Origin: Ulvibacterium sp.
Lineage (GTDB): Bacteria; Bacteroidota; Bacteroidia; Flavobacteriales; Flavobacteriaceae
Reading direction: 5' to 3'
DNA: 24,000 bases
NCBI RefSeq assembly: GCF_965228935.1
Contig: NZ_OZ245846.1
Span: 127,537-151,536 of the forward strand
Shown here: positions 1 to 8,975 of the stretch, one piece after another
How the letters are laid out: each line of letters starts with the position of its first letter
How positions within the stretch are numbered: position 1 is the first letter of the stretch
Notes under the pieces: model-generated
What the model was told of the DNA's origin: nothing
Database searches by the model: none
The model's input: only the letters and a program-made list of their open reading frames with translations
Program-made: the position numbers and the translations under genes

Positions 1-999
1 AGAAGTCCCATCCTCAACGTGCAATTCCCAATCCCGAAAACCTTCCGCAAGATCTACTAGTCTTGAAAAAACCTTTTTCTCCTCCGTCTCCGTCAAATTT
101 TGGATATCGGCAACGGCTATGGTTTCCTGTATGCCATCCTTCCTTTCATTTTCACAGGATGTATAAAACAGCATTCCAAGAATAATAGGGGCAATAAGTA
201 AATACTTCAATTTCCAAATTTGTTTTGATTTTGATTTTTGTAACATGACTATTCGTTTTTTAATTAATGATTCCTTAAAAAATTGATTGATAAATGAAAA
301 GCTTTGGGTTTGAAAAACTTGGGACAAAAGCAATTTGTATTGTTCATTTTTGTTCATTTTGGCGACTTGGGCGTCGGCAATGAATTCATGCAGTTCCGAA
401 ACCTTGTTTTGATACACGTAGACCAACGGATTGAACCAGCCCAGGATTCGCATCAACTCAAAAAACACTAGATCGTACGAGTGTCTTTGCCGAATATGTA
501 CCAACTCATGTTTAATGATAGTTTCGTGTTCCCTTTCGACTACCTTGTCACCCAAGAAAATAGATTTGAAAAAGGAAAAGGCTGCCCTACTATTGGGAAG
601 GATTACTCGGGTAAACTCATTAAAATAGTGTACTTCCCCTAGCCGTTTTAGTTTGTGGATCTGAAACAGCTTATACACAAAAAAAGCCGTGGTCAAAATC
701 ATACCGCCAAAAAGCAGGACAAGCTCCCAAGGTATACCAAAAGTTGACCCTTTGTCCCCCGTGACCGTTAGAGCGGCATTGTCCAAATTCCAAAGAAATT
801 CCGGATATCCCTGAAAAGCTGTTGGTACCTCGGTTCTAAAAGCCTCTATTTTTACCCAGGGCAATATCAAGGAAAGCAGATAGGAACCTATAAGATAGAC
901 CCTGTTCCATTGAAAAAAGGTCTCCCGCTTTAGCCAAAAATCGTAGATGGCCAAAAACACCAATTGAAATGCCATACATTCCAAAGCATACGGTATCAT
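1..999 (-). CDS. BlaR1-like M56 family peptidase / signal-transducing antirepressor (N-terminal 333 aa; the rest runs off the window start)
   Basis: Absent from the ORF track because it has no stop in the window. My translation of the minus strand from the ATG at 999..997 is open to position 1: MIPYALECMAFQLVFLAIYDFWLKRETFFQWNRVYLIGSYLL... It has several hydrophobic helices, the zinc motif HELVH (IIKHELVHIRQRHSYD) and a later TM segment (KYLLIAPIILGMLFY). The ATG overlaps the upstream repressor stop as ATGA (996..999). Confidence 0.8.
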   Translation of the reverse strand, partial: MIPYALECMAFQLVFLAIYDFWLKRETFFQWNRVYLIGSYLLSLILPWVKIEAFRTEVPTAFQGYPEFLWNLDNAALTVTGDKGSTFGIPWELVLLFGGMILTTAFFVYKLFQIHKLKRLGEVHYFNEFTRVILPNSRAAFSFFKSIFLGDKVVEREHETIIKHELVHIRQRHSYDLVFFELMRILGWFNPLVYVYQNKVSELHEFIADAQVAKMNKNEQYKLLLSQVFQTQSFSFINQFFKESLIKKRIVMLQKSKSKQIWKLKYLLIAPIILGMLFYTSCENERKDGIQETIAVADIQNLTETEEKKVFSRLVDLAEGFRDWELHVEDGTS

Positions 1000-1358
1000 T
1001 CTTCCTCTTTTTTGATTTCTTGTAAAATGGATTCCAATTCCGAAAGGCTCATATCGTTCTTTTTCATAAAAAAGGATACCATACTCTTAAAAGATCCCTG
1101 AAAATAGCCATCCACCAATTTGTTTATGGACTGATTGCTATAATCCGATTTCTTGATCAACGGAAAATAGAAATGCCCTTTTCCCTCCTTTTCATGGTCT
1201 ACAAAACCCTTGCTCTCCAAAATCCGTACAATGGTAGAGACCGTATTATAGGCCGGTTTGGGTTCGGGAATTTCTTCTATAATGGCCGCTACATTACATT
1301 TTTCCAATTTCCAGAGAATTTGCATTACCTCCTCCTCCGCTTTGGTCAATTGTTTCAT
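996..1358 (-). CDS. BlaI/MecI/CopY family transcriptional repressor
   Basis: 120-aa ORF with a typical winged-helix N-terminus (MKQLTKAEEEVMQILW...AAIIEEIPEPKPAYNTVSTIVRILESKGFV) and a C-terminal dimerisation-like region. It is translationally coupled to the M56 gene downstream. Confidence 0.9.
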   Translation of the reverse strand: MKQLTKAEEEVMQILWKLEKCNVAAIIEEIPEPKPAYNTVSTIVRILESKGFVDHEKEGKGHFYFPLIKKSDYSNQSINKLVDGYFQGSFKSMVSFFMKKNDMSLSELESILQEIKKEEE

Positions 1359-1360
1359 TT

Positions 1361-1428
1361 AACTAAGTTTTTAGTTCAAATAATATTCAAATATAACTAA
1401 AATTTTAGTTTAAACTAATTATTTAGTT
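1361..1428. promoter_or_regulatory. Three copies of the dyad AACTAA-N4-TTAGTT (candidate BlaI-family operators) in the divergent control region
   Basis: Read directly: AACTAAGTTTTTAGTT at 1361..1376, AACTAAAATTTTAGTT at 1395..1410 (perfect 16-bp palindrome) and AACTAATTATTTAGTT at 1413..1428. All lie between the repressor start (1358) and the DUF456 gene start (1511). Confidence 0.55.
1388..1395 (-). promoter_or_regulatory. Candidate Bacteroidetes -7 promoter element TATATTTG for the blaI-like operon
   Basis: The minus strand reads TATATTTG, a perfect match to the TAnnTTTG consensus known for Bacteroidetes sigma-A promoters. It lies about 30 nt upstream of the ATG at 1358 and abuts operator copy 2. 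Confidence 0.4.
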
Positions 1429-1510
1429 AAAAATTTTTATGGATATCACATTACCGTATACATTTTCTGTAACAAAATGCGTGTATCTTAGTCCAACAGA
1501 AAAGGGAAAA

Positions 1511-2023
1511 ATGGATATTGTATTACTGGTCCTAGGATTTGTTTTAATGCTCATTGGCATCCTGGGAAGTTTTTTACCTGTACTGCCAGGACCTCCTATA
1601 AGCTGGATAGGCCTATTATTGTTGTATTTGACAAAGGCCGTTCCCCAGGATTGGTGGATACTGGGCATAACCCTTGGGGTAGCCCTTATCGTTGTTGCGT
1701 TGGATTACATTATCCCCGCAATGGGAACCAAGAAATTTGGAGGTAGCAAGGCCGGGATGATAGGTACCACAATTGGATTGTTGGTCGCGCTTTTATTTCC
1801 AATTTTGGGGCCCCTTGGTATTATTATCTGGCCTTTTATAGGGGCACTAATTGGGGAGCTACTCAACAAAGCGGATAAGAAAACGGCAACAAAGGCCGCT
1901 TTTGGCTCCTTTCTGGGGTTCTTAACGGGCACTTTCTTGAAATTTTTGGTTGCGGTAATATTCCTGGGAATGTTCGTTTCCGTGGCCTGGGAGCACAAGG
2001 CTGCCCTATTTCCTTTTTTTTAA
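1511..2023 (+). CDS. DUF456 family membrane protein
   Basis: The ORF track gives 1439..2023. The family-typical N-terminus MDIVLLVLGFVLMLIGILGSFLPVLPGPP starts at the internal ATG 1511, and the upstream extension runs into the operator region. The protein is polytopic and hydrophobic throughout. Confidence 0.75.
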   Translation: MDIVLLVLGFVLMLIGILGSFLPVLPGPPISWIGLLLLYLTKAVPQDWWILGITLGVALIVVALDYIIPAMGTKKFGGSKAGMIGTTIGLLVALLFPILGPLGIIIWPFIGALIGELLNKADKKTATKAAFGSFLGFLTGTFLKFLVAVIFLGMFVSVAWEHKAALFPFF

Positions 2024-2045
2024 AATAGTCTTTTAAAACCCTGAT

Positions 2046-3365
2046 ATGCAAAAAAACGTTTTCGCTCTTTTGATTGCCGGCCTTGTTACTCTTTGCGGGG
2101 TTGCACAGCAGATAGATTCCGTTAAACTGGATAGCCTTTTTAACACCTTGGAAGCCAATGATCGTTTTATGGGAAGTCTGGCCCTTTCCCATGAAGGTCA
2201 AACCATATATGCCAAGGCTATTGGATATAGGGATATAAAAAACACCCTAAGACCGACAACCGATACCAAATACAGGGTCGGCTCCATAACCAAAATGTTT
2301 ACCTCCGTTCTCGTTTTTAAAACCGTGGAAGCGGGTAAACTAAAGCTTGACCAAACCATCGATACTTATTTTCCCAAAATCAAAAATAGCGATCAAATCA
2401 CCATTGCCAATCTGCTAAACCATAGAAGTGGCATTCATAGCTTTACAAGCCGTGCCGATTACCAAGAATGGGAAACCGAACCTAAAACCAGGGCAGAACT
2501 CCTTGAAATCATCCGAGATGGTGGAAGCGTTTTTGAGCCCAATAGCAAGGCCGAATACAGTAACTCCAATTATGTGCTGTTGACATTTATTCTAGAGGAC
2601 ATCCTAAAGAAACCGTACTCAGAACTTATATCCGAAAAGATTGCCCTACCCCTGGGCCTAAAAAATACCTATGTAGGGGATTCCATCAATTTAAATCGTA
2701 ACGAGGCCCATTCATACACCTATCTAAAAGATTGGGAAAGAAAGGACGAGACCCATATGTCCATCCCCTTAGGGGCCGGTGCACTGGTTTCCACACCCAC
2801 CGACTTGAATATGTTCATACATGCCCTTTTTTCGGGTGCATTGATTTCCAAGGAAAGCCTGGACCAGATGAAAACCATTTCCGATGGTTATGGCATGGGT
2901 ATTTTTCCGGTGCCATTCCACAATAAAAATGGATATGGGCACAATGGCGGAATAGACCGGTTTACCTCGGTCTTGGGATACTTCCCGGAGGATAAGGTCG
3001 CAGTAGCGCTAACTTCCAATGGCAATCGCTACGCCAACAACAGTATCATCATTGCCGTATTGAGCGCGCATTACGGGAAGCCTTTTGAGATACCTACTTT
3101 CACGACCATCAAGGTACAATCAAAAGATTTGGATAAGTATCTTGGGGTTTATGCCAGTGAGCAACTTTCATTAAAAATTACAATTACCAAGGATGGGGAT
3201 ATCCTTTTTGGCCAAGCTACGGGGCAACCCTCCTTCGCTATGGAAGCCGTGGAAAAGGACATATTCGAGTTTGCACAGGCCGGAGTGCGATTGGAATTTA
3301 CGCCCGATGAAAAGACCATGATCCTAAAACAAGCGGGCGGAGTGTACCACTACAAAATGGAATAG
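2046..3365 (+). CDS. Secreted serine hydrolase of the beta-lactamase / PBP4*-like (class C-related, family VIII esterase-like) superfamily with an extra C-terminal domain
   Basis: Signal-peptide-like N-terminus (MQKNVFALLIAGLVTLCGVAQQ). Motifs are SxxK (GSITKMF), YxN (YSNSNY) and an HxG-type third motif (GYGHNGG). About 90 aa follow the catalytic domain. Only 22 nt separate it from the DUF456 gene, so co-transcription is likely. Confidence 0.85.
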   Translation: MQKNVFALLIAGLVTLCGVAQQIDSVKLDSLFNTLEANDRFMGSLALSHEGQTIYAKAIGYRDIKNTLRPTTDTKYRVGSITKMFTSVLVFKTVEAGKLKLDQTIDTYFPKIKNSDQITIANLLNHRSGIHSFTSRADYQEWETEPKTRAELLEIIRDGGSVFEPNSKAEYSNSNYVLLTFILEDILKKPYSELISEKIALPLGLKNTYVGDSINLNRNEAHSYTYLKDWERKDETHMSIPLGAGALVSTPTDLNMFIHALFSGALISKESLDQMKTISDGYGMGIFPVPFHNKNGYGHNGGIDRFTSVLGYFPEDKVAVALTSNGNRYANNSIIIAVLSAHYGKPFEIPTFTTIKVQSKDLDKYLGVYASEQLSLKITITKDGDILFGQATGQPSFAMEAVEKDIFEFAQAGVRLEFTPDEKTMILKQAGGVYHYKME

Positions 3366-3383
3366 ATCCAAATCTTCGACTCA

Positions 3384-3938
3384 CTATTTGAGCCAAACTG
3401 TTTTTTCCGTTATAGGTGTTCTGGTCTGTTGGGGAATTTCTTCATCATAATGCCCCATATAAAAGAAGCCCAAGCACTTTTCCCCTCCGCTCAAATCCAG
3501 AAACTCTCCCATATATTGTATTAACATAGGTGAGCTCCAATAGCAACCGATTCCCATTTCTGTACAACAGAGCCACATATTCTGTACGGCCATCGCCGTA
3601 GCAGCTGTTTCTTCCCACTCCGGTAAACTTTCTTTTGGGTCACGTTGCATACAAATAGCGATTATCGCCCCAGCTCTTTGGGGGTTCTCCAAAAGTTTTT
3701 TGATTTTAAACTGTTTTGGGTGTGCCTCGGTCTCCTGATACTTTTTTGAAAGGAATTGGCCCAACCGTTCCTTGGATTCACCAAGCAATACCTTAAATCG
3801 CCAAGGTTCCGTCTTTCTATGGGTCGGGGCCCAGCTGGCGGCCTCCAGGATTTTTTCAATATCGGTTTTGGCAATTGGGCTGGAATTATATTGAACCGGA
3901 AATACAGAACGTCTCTTTTTTATCAAATCGAAGATCAT
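3384..3938 (-). CDS. NAD(P)H nitroreductase family protein
   Basis: 184-aa ORF with a family-typical start (KKRRSVFPVQYNSSPIAKTDIEKILEAASWAPTHRKTEPWRF). Confidence 0.85.
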   Translation of the reverse strand: MIFDLIKKRRSVFPVQYNSSPIAKTDIEKILEAASWAPTHRKTEPWRFKVLLGESKERLGQFLSKKYQETEAHPKQFKIKKLLENPQRAGAIIAICMQRDPKESLPEWEETAATAMAVQNMWLCCTEMGIGCYWSSPMLIQYMGEFLDLSGGEKCLGFFYMGHYDEEIPQQTRTPITEKTVWLK

Positions 3939-3967
3939 ATGTTATATATTTAACACTATCAAACTTA

Positions 3968-5581
3968 ATGGATACATTTAGGATCCCGAATATAGTCCGA
4001 ATGGCATCGAAATCAAAAAAATTCCTTTTTGGCCAAGAGCACCTCACTGCCGGCATTGCGCTTGCCTTGGTCAGAGGTGAAATCATCGGTGAAATTCCCG
4101 AGAAATCCCGGGCCAAGCTTAGGGCAAGCCAAAAGATAGTATATGCCATTGTGGAGCATGGTCATCCGGTATATGGCATCAACACAGGGTTTGGGCCATT
4201 GTGTACCACTAGCATTTCCAGGGAAGAAACCAAAATACTGCAATCCAACATCTTAAAAAGTCATGCGGTCGGCGTTGGACCACCACTTGCTACGGAAATT
4301 GCCAAATTGATGTTGGTGCTTAAGGTGCACTCGCTGGCCAAAGGGTATTCCGGGATTGCCGAGACTACAATGGATCGAATCCTTTGGCATTTGGAGAATG
4401 ATGTAATTCCCATGGTTCCCTCGCAAGGTTCTGTAGGTGCGTCCGGCGATCTGGCGCCTTTGGCCCATCTTTTCCTTCCCTTGATCGGATTGGGAAAGGT
4501 AGCTTATAAAGGAGAGGTTTTGAATAGCTCGGTTTTGCTTAAAAAAGAGGGGTTGATGGCCTTGGAACTAGGGCCAAAAGAGGGATTGGCATTAATCAAC
4601 GGGACGCAATTTATAGCTGCCCATGCAATTACCGTAATCGAAAAAATGCATGCCTGTCTGGCTCAGGCCGATATCATAGGAGCCATGATGATCGAAGGCC
4701 TGCAGGGTTCTATTAAGCCCTTTTATAACGAATTGCATGCCCTACGCCCCTTTAAGGGAAATATACATGTAGCCAAAAGGGTAAAACGATTGCTCAAAGG
4801 TTCGGAGATCATGGAAGCCCATATCGATTGTGAACGGGTACAAGATCCCTATTCGCTCCGTTGTATTCCCCAGGTGCACGGGGCTTCGAGAAATGCCTGG
4901 TTGCATTTAAAGGAGTTATTGGAGGTAGAGCTAAATTCCGTCACGGATAATCCGGTCATTATCGCAGAGGAACTGACCATAAGCGGAGGCAACTTTCATG
5001 GCCAACCCTTGGCCCTGGCCTTGGATTACGCCTGTGTTGCTGCCTCCGAACTCGGCAATATTTCGGATAGGAGAATCTATTTGGCCCTGGAAGGCAATAG
5101 TCCCGGGGTTCCCAAATTATTAATGGAGGATACCGGCATCAATTCTGGTTATATGATCTTGCAATATACAGCTGCGGCTTTGGCGAGCGAAAACAAGGGT
5201 TTGTGTTTCCCTGCAAGTGCCGATAGCATCCCTACATCCTTGGGACAGGAAGACCATGTTAGCATGGGATCTATTTCCGGGAGAAAGGCGTTGCGGGTCC
5301 TGGAAAATGTTGAAAAGATTTTAGCCATAGAATTACTGACCGCGGCACAGGCTTTTGAATTTCGGAAGCCCTTAAAATCAGGTATTTTGTTGGACGTAAT
5401 CCATAAGGAAATCCGTAAAGTGGTGGCTTTTGCCAAGGAGGACAGGGTTTTCGCGGAAGATATTGAAATTGGAATCGGGTTGATACGATCAAAGTTCTTG
5501 ATATCAGTCATAGAGGAAACACGCAAAAAGAAGAACATGTCCTTGGAAACACCTTATTCCAAAGAATTTGAAGCGTATTAA
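3968..5581 (+). CDS. hutH: Histidine ammonia-lyase
   Basis: YGINTGFG motif and the MIO-forming Ala-Ser-Gly triad in GSVGASGDLAPLAHL. The ORF-track start at 3875 would overlap the divergent nitroreductase gene. ATG 3968 (MDTF...) or ATG 4001 (MASKSKK...) is more plausible, and the start remains uncertain. Confidence 0.9.
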   Translation: MDTFRIPNIVRMASKSKKFLFGQEHLTAGIALALVRGEIIGEIPEKSRAKLRASQKIVYAIVEHGHPVYGINTGFGPLCTTSISREETKILQSNILKSHAVGVGPPLATEIAKLMLVLKVHSLAKGYSGIAETTMDRILWHLENDVIPMVPSQGSVGASGDLAPLAHLFLPLIGLGKVAYKGEVLNSSVLLKKEGLMALELGPKEGLALINGTQFIAAHAITVIEKMHACLAQADIIGAMMIEGLQGSIKPFYNELHALRPFKGNIHVAKRVKRLLKGSEIMEAHIDCERVQDPYSLRCIPQVHGASRNAWLHLKELLEVELNSVTDNPVIIAEELTISGGNFHGQPLALALDYACVAASELGNISDRRIYLALEGNSPGVPKLLMEDTGINSGYMILQYTAAALASENKGLCFPASADSIPTSLGQEDHVSMGSISGRKALRVLENVEKILAIELLTAAQAFEFRKPLKSGILLDVIHKEIRKVVAFAKEDRVFAEDIEIGIGLIRSKFLISVIEETRKKKNMSLETPYSKEFEAY

Positions 5582-5582
5582 A

Positions 5583-6842
5583 ATGGCAGGCACAAAAAAA
5601 CTGATCGGTCCTTTTAGACAAGTTGTATCCATGACTGGTCTATCATTAAAGGGTGCTATTTCGGATACTGAACTAACGGTCATATCCGATGCGGGAATCC
5701 TAATTACGGATGGCAACGTCAATGCTATAGGAAAATTTTCCCGTTTGCTAAACAACTTTAAGGAGACCGATACCGAAATCGTTCATTTGGAGGGCGACCA
5801 TGTTTGTTTGCCCGGTTTAGTGGATGCCCATACGCATATCTGTTATGGGGGTTCCCGAGCCAAAGACTATGCGTTGCGAAATTCGGGGAAGACGTATCTG
5901 GAAATCGCCAAGGCCGGTGGTGGTATCTGGGATACGGTGACCCAGACGCGAAAAGCTACAAAGGACAAACTCGCAGAACATACGGTTAACCTTGCCAAAC
6001 GCCATTTAAAAAACGGGACGACGACCCTTGAGGTCAAAAGTGGTTACGGGCTATCCATAGATGAGGAACTGAAGATGCTATACGCCATAAAGGAGGCCAA
6101 CGAAATCCTTCCCGTAGATTTAATACCGACCTGCTTGGCGGCACACATGCTTCCCAAGGATTATAAGGGAAGTGAAGAAGATTATCTGGCAGAGATTGGA
6201 AATTTACTTTTTCCCAAACTTCGGGAAGAAGATTTGACCCATCGCATCGACGCGTTTATTGAAGAAAATGCTTTTTCGGCAGAGCAAATCGGGCCCTATT
6301 TCAAAAAAGCCCGGGAAATGGGTTTTGATATTACGGTCCATGCCGATCAATTTTCCACTGGCGGTAGCAAAGTCGCAATTCAATTTGATGCCTTAAGTGC
6401 CGATCATCTTGAGGCGAGCACCCAAAAGGAAATTGGGCTACTGGCCAAAAGTAATGTTATTGCCACCGCATTACCTGGGGCTTCCTTGGGATTGGGCTGT
6501 AATTTTACCCCTGCCCGAAAAATCTTGGATGCGGGCGGAGCTTTGGCCATTGCCAGCGACCACAACCCGGGATCGGCCCCGATGGGGGATTTGTTGACCC
6601 AAGCTGCCCTATTAGGAGCTTTCGAAAAACTGTCCCATGCGGAAGTATTGGCGGGGATAACCTTTCGTGCCGCAGCGGCCCTTAACCTTTCGGATAGGGG
6701 CCTGTTGGCAAAAGGTTATTTGGCCGATCTTGTTATTTTCCGTACCAGTGATTACTCAGAAATCCTTTATCACCAAGGGAACTTAAAACCGTGTATGGTG
6801 TGGAAAAATGGTGAATTGATTTTTGATAGACAAAAGGATTGA
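5583..6842 (+). CDS. hutI: Imidazolonepropionase
   Basis: Amidohydrolase metal-binding HxH (VDAHTHI) and overall HutI-like sequence (LIGPFRQVVSM...). ATG 5583 lies one nt after the hutH stop; the alternative ATG 5568 overlaps hutH by 14 nt. Confidence 0.9.
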   Translation: MAGTKKLIGPFRQVVSMTGLSLKGAISDTELTVISDAGILITDGNVNAIGKFSRLLNNFKETDTEIVHLEGDHVCLPGLVDAHTHICYGGSRAKDYALRNSGKTYLEIAKAGGGIWDTVTQTRKATKDKLAEHTVNLAKRHLKNGTTTLEVKSGYGLSIDEELKMLYAIKEANEILPVDLIPTCLAAHMLPKDYKGSEEDYLAEIGNLLFPKLREEDLTHRIDAFIEENAFSAEQIGPYFKKAREMGFDITVHADQFSTGGSKVAIQFDALSADHLEASTQKEIGLLAKSNVIATALPGASLGLGCNFTPARKILDAGGALAIASDHNPGSAPMGDLLTQAALLGAFEKLSHAEVLAGITFRAAAALNLSDRGLLAKGYLADLVIFRTSDYSEILYHQGNLKPCMVWKNGELIFDRQKD

Positions 6843-6934
6843 AGTACGAAATGCAAAAATACGAAGTATGAAGTTTGAAATACGGAAGTAAAATAATGTA
6901 ATGTGCGTGGTAAAAAGCAAGAGACGAGACAAAA
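6843..6934 (+). repeat. Purine-rich intergenic spacer with degenerate direct word repeats (TACGAAGTA-like)
   Basis: GTACGAAAT at 6845..6853, AAATACGAAGTA at 6857..6868 and AAATACGGAAGTA at 6878..6890. My hand count gives about 73% purine on the + strand. Confidence 0.5.
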
Positions 6935-8944
6935 ATGACCTTTAAAGAACAAATACTTCAGGGTATCCCTGCGAAACTTCCGCATAAAAGGAACCACTCA
7001 AAAGAGGCGAATCATGCACCAAGGCGAAAAGACCTGTTATCCTTGGAAGAAAAGAAATTGGCCATCCGCAATGCCCTGCGCTATTTTCCCGAATTATGGC
7101 ATTCCGAACTCTCCAAGGAGTTCGCCGAGGAACTAAAGACCTATGGCCGAATCTACATGTATCGCTTCAAGCCGGATTACGAAATGTATGCCCGACCCAT
7201 CGCGGCGTATCCTTCAAAAACAAAACAGGCGGCGGCCATCATGTTAATGATCCAGAACAATCTGGATCCCAAAGTTGCCCAGCACCCCGAAGAATTGATT
7301 ACCTACGGCGGTAATGGTGCAGTTTTCCAAAACTGGGCACAATACCTTTTGACCATGCACTATTTGGCCACGATGACGGAGGAACAAACCTTGCATATGT
7401 ACTCGGGTCACCCCATGGGACTTTTTCCATCGGCAAAGGAGGCACCCAGGGTGGTCGTCACCAATGGCATGATGATTCCCAATTACTCCAAACCGGATGA
7501 TTGGGAAAGATTCAATGCTCTCGGCGTTACCCAATACGGACAGATGACGGCAGGTTCCTATATGTACATCGGGCCTCAGGGAATTGTACATGGGACGGCC
7601 ATCACGGTCATGAACGCTTTCCGGAAAGTGCTACAAAAAGACGAAACCCCGGCGGGAAAAGTATTCCTAACTGCTGGACTAGGCGGTATGAGCGGTGCCC
7701 AACCTAAGGCCGGTAACATTGCCGGATGCATCACCGTCTGCGCGGAAGTAAATCCAGCAGCTGCCCAAAAAAGGTACGACCAAGGCTGGGTAGATGTATT
7801 AATGGATGATTTGGATCGCCTAGTTCTGCGTACAAAGGAAGCTCAAAGGAATGGGGAAACCCTATCATTGGCCTATATTGGAAATGTGGTGGACGTATGG
7901 GAACGTTTTCTGAAGGAAAACATTTTTGTGCATTTAGGCTCTGATCAGACCTCCTTGCACAATCCATGGGCGGGTGGCTATTATCCGGTGGGATGTAGTT
8001 TTGAGGAATCCAACCAATTAATGGCCCAAGACCCTACCCTCTTCAAGGAAAAAGTTCAGGAGTCCCTTCGAAGACAGGTAGATGCCATTAACCAACATTC
8101 CCAAAAAGGGACCTATTTCTTTGACTATGGAAATGCATTTTTATTAGAAGCTTCTCGCGCGGGGGCCAAAGTAATGGCGGATAACGGCATCGATTTCAAA
8201 TACCCCAGCTACGTTCAGGATATTTTGGGACCCCTATGTTTCGATTATGGTTTTGGGCCGTTCCGTTGGGTATGTACTTCGGGCCATCCGGATGATCTTC
8301 GAAAAACCGATGCCCTAGCCTTGGAGGAAATGCAAAAAATCAAATCTAACGCACCTAAGGAAATCCGGCAGCAAATGCAGGACAACATCCAATGGATTTC
8401 CGAGGCAGATCAGAACCGATTGGTCATAGGTTCCCAAGCCCGGATTCTTTATGCCGATGCAGAGGGCAGGGTCAAAATAGCCGAAGCTTTTAACAATGCC
8501 ATAAAAAGTGGTGAGATTTCGGCTCCTGTTGTTTTGGGAAGGGATCATCACGATGTAAGCGGAACGGATTCCCCATTCCGGGAAACCAGCAACATCTATG
8601 ACGGAAGCCAATTTACTTCGGATATGGCCCTACATAACGTTATCGGTGACAGCTTTCGGGGCGCTACCTGGGTGTCGATCCACAATGGCGGGGGTGTTGG
8701 ATGGGGCGAAGTCATCAATGGAGGATTTGGTTTGTTGCTCGACGGCTCCGAAGAAGCCTCAAAAAGTATACAGAATATGTTGTTTTATGACGTAAACAAC
8801 GGTATCGCCCGGCGAAGTTGGGCACGGAACAAGGAAGCGCTTTTTGCCATTCAACTTGAAATGGAACGAACTCCTGAATTAAAGGTTACCCTACCCAATT
8901 TTGTTGATGACGGACTTTTGGAAGGTTTGTTCGACCATCCTTGA
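6935..8944 (+). CDS. hutU: Urocanate hydratase (long Bacteroidetes-type form, 669 aa)
   Basis: Full-length similarity to urocanase as recalled (ELITYGGNG, GLGGMSGAQP NAD-binding region, GRDHHD). It sits in hut gene context. Confidence 0.95.
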   Translation: MTFKEQILQGIPAKLPHKRNHSKEANHAPRRKDLLSLEEKKLAIRNALRYFPELWHSELSKEFAEELKTYGRIYMYRFKPDYEMYARPIAAYPSKTKQAAAIMLMIQNNLDPKVAQHPEELITYGGNGAVFQNWAQYLLTMHYLATMTEEQTLHMYSGHPMGLFPSAKEAPRVVVTNGMMIPNYSKPDDWERFNALGVTQYGQMTAGSYMYIGPQGIVHGTAITVMNAFRKVLQKDETPAGKVFLTAGLGGMSGAQPKAGNIAGCITVCAEVNPAAAQKRYDQGWVDVLMDDLDRLVLRTKEAQRNGETLSLAYIGNVVDVWERFLKENIFVHLGSDQTSLHNPWAGGYYPVGCSFEESNQLMAQDPTLFKEKVQESLRRQVDAINQHSQKGTYFFDYGNAFLLEASRAGAKVMADNGIDFKYPSYVQDILGPLCFDYGFGPFRWVCTSGHPDDLRKTDALALEEMQKIKSNAPKEIRQQMQDNIQWISEADQNRLVIGSQARILYADAEGRVKIAEAFNNAIKSGEISAPVVLGRDHHDVSGTDSPFRETSNIYDGSQFTSDMALHNVIGDSFRGATWVSIHNGGGVGWGEVINGGFGLLLDGSEEASKSIQNMLFYDVNNGIARRSWARNKEALFAIQLEMERTPELKVTLPNFVDDGLLEGLFDHP

Positions 8945-8975
8945 TAAATAATATTACTTTTGGAATGGTAAGATA

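Noticed and set aside
927-938. GCTTTAGCCAAA, resembling the REP-associated GGCTTTAGCCAAA motif at 9077..9089
   Set aside because: It lies inside the BlaR1-like coding frame (encoding WLKRE), has no partner hairpin, and differs at the critical GGCT/AGCC stem. Most likely coincidence.
1439-1510. N-terminal extension of the DUF456 ORF (start at 1439)
   Set aside because: The family-typical N-terminus MDIVLLVLGF begins at ATG 1511. The extension abuts the operator repeats (which end at 1428) and would occupy the space needed for the promoter, and its sequence is not membrane-protein-like.
2046-3365. Calling the SxxK protein a genuine beta-lactamase or resistance determinant
   Set aside because: The motifs only place it in the broad serine beta-lactamase / DD-peptidase / esterase superfamily. 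The HxG third motif and the extra C-terminal domain fit esterase or PBP4*-like enzymes at least as well. Substrate cannot be inferred here.
3875-3967. Longest-ORF start for hutH at 3875
   Set aside because: It would overlap the divergent nitroreductase coding start (3938) by 64 nt and add about 31-43 non-conserved residues. ATG 3968 or 4001 fits typical histidase N-terminal length better.
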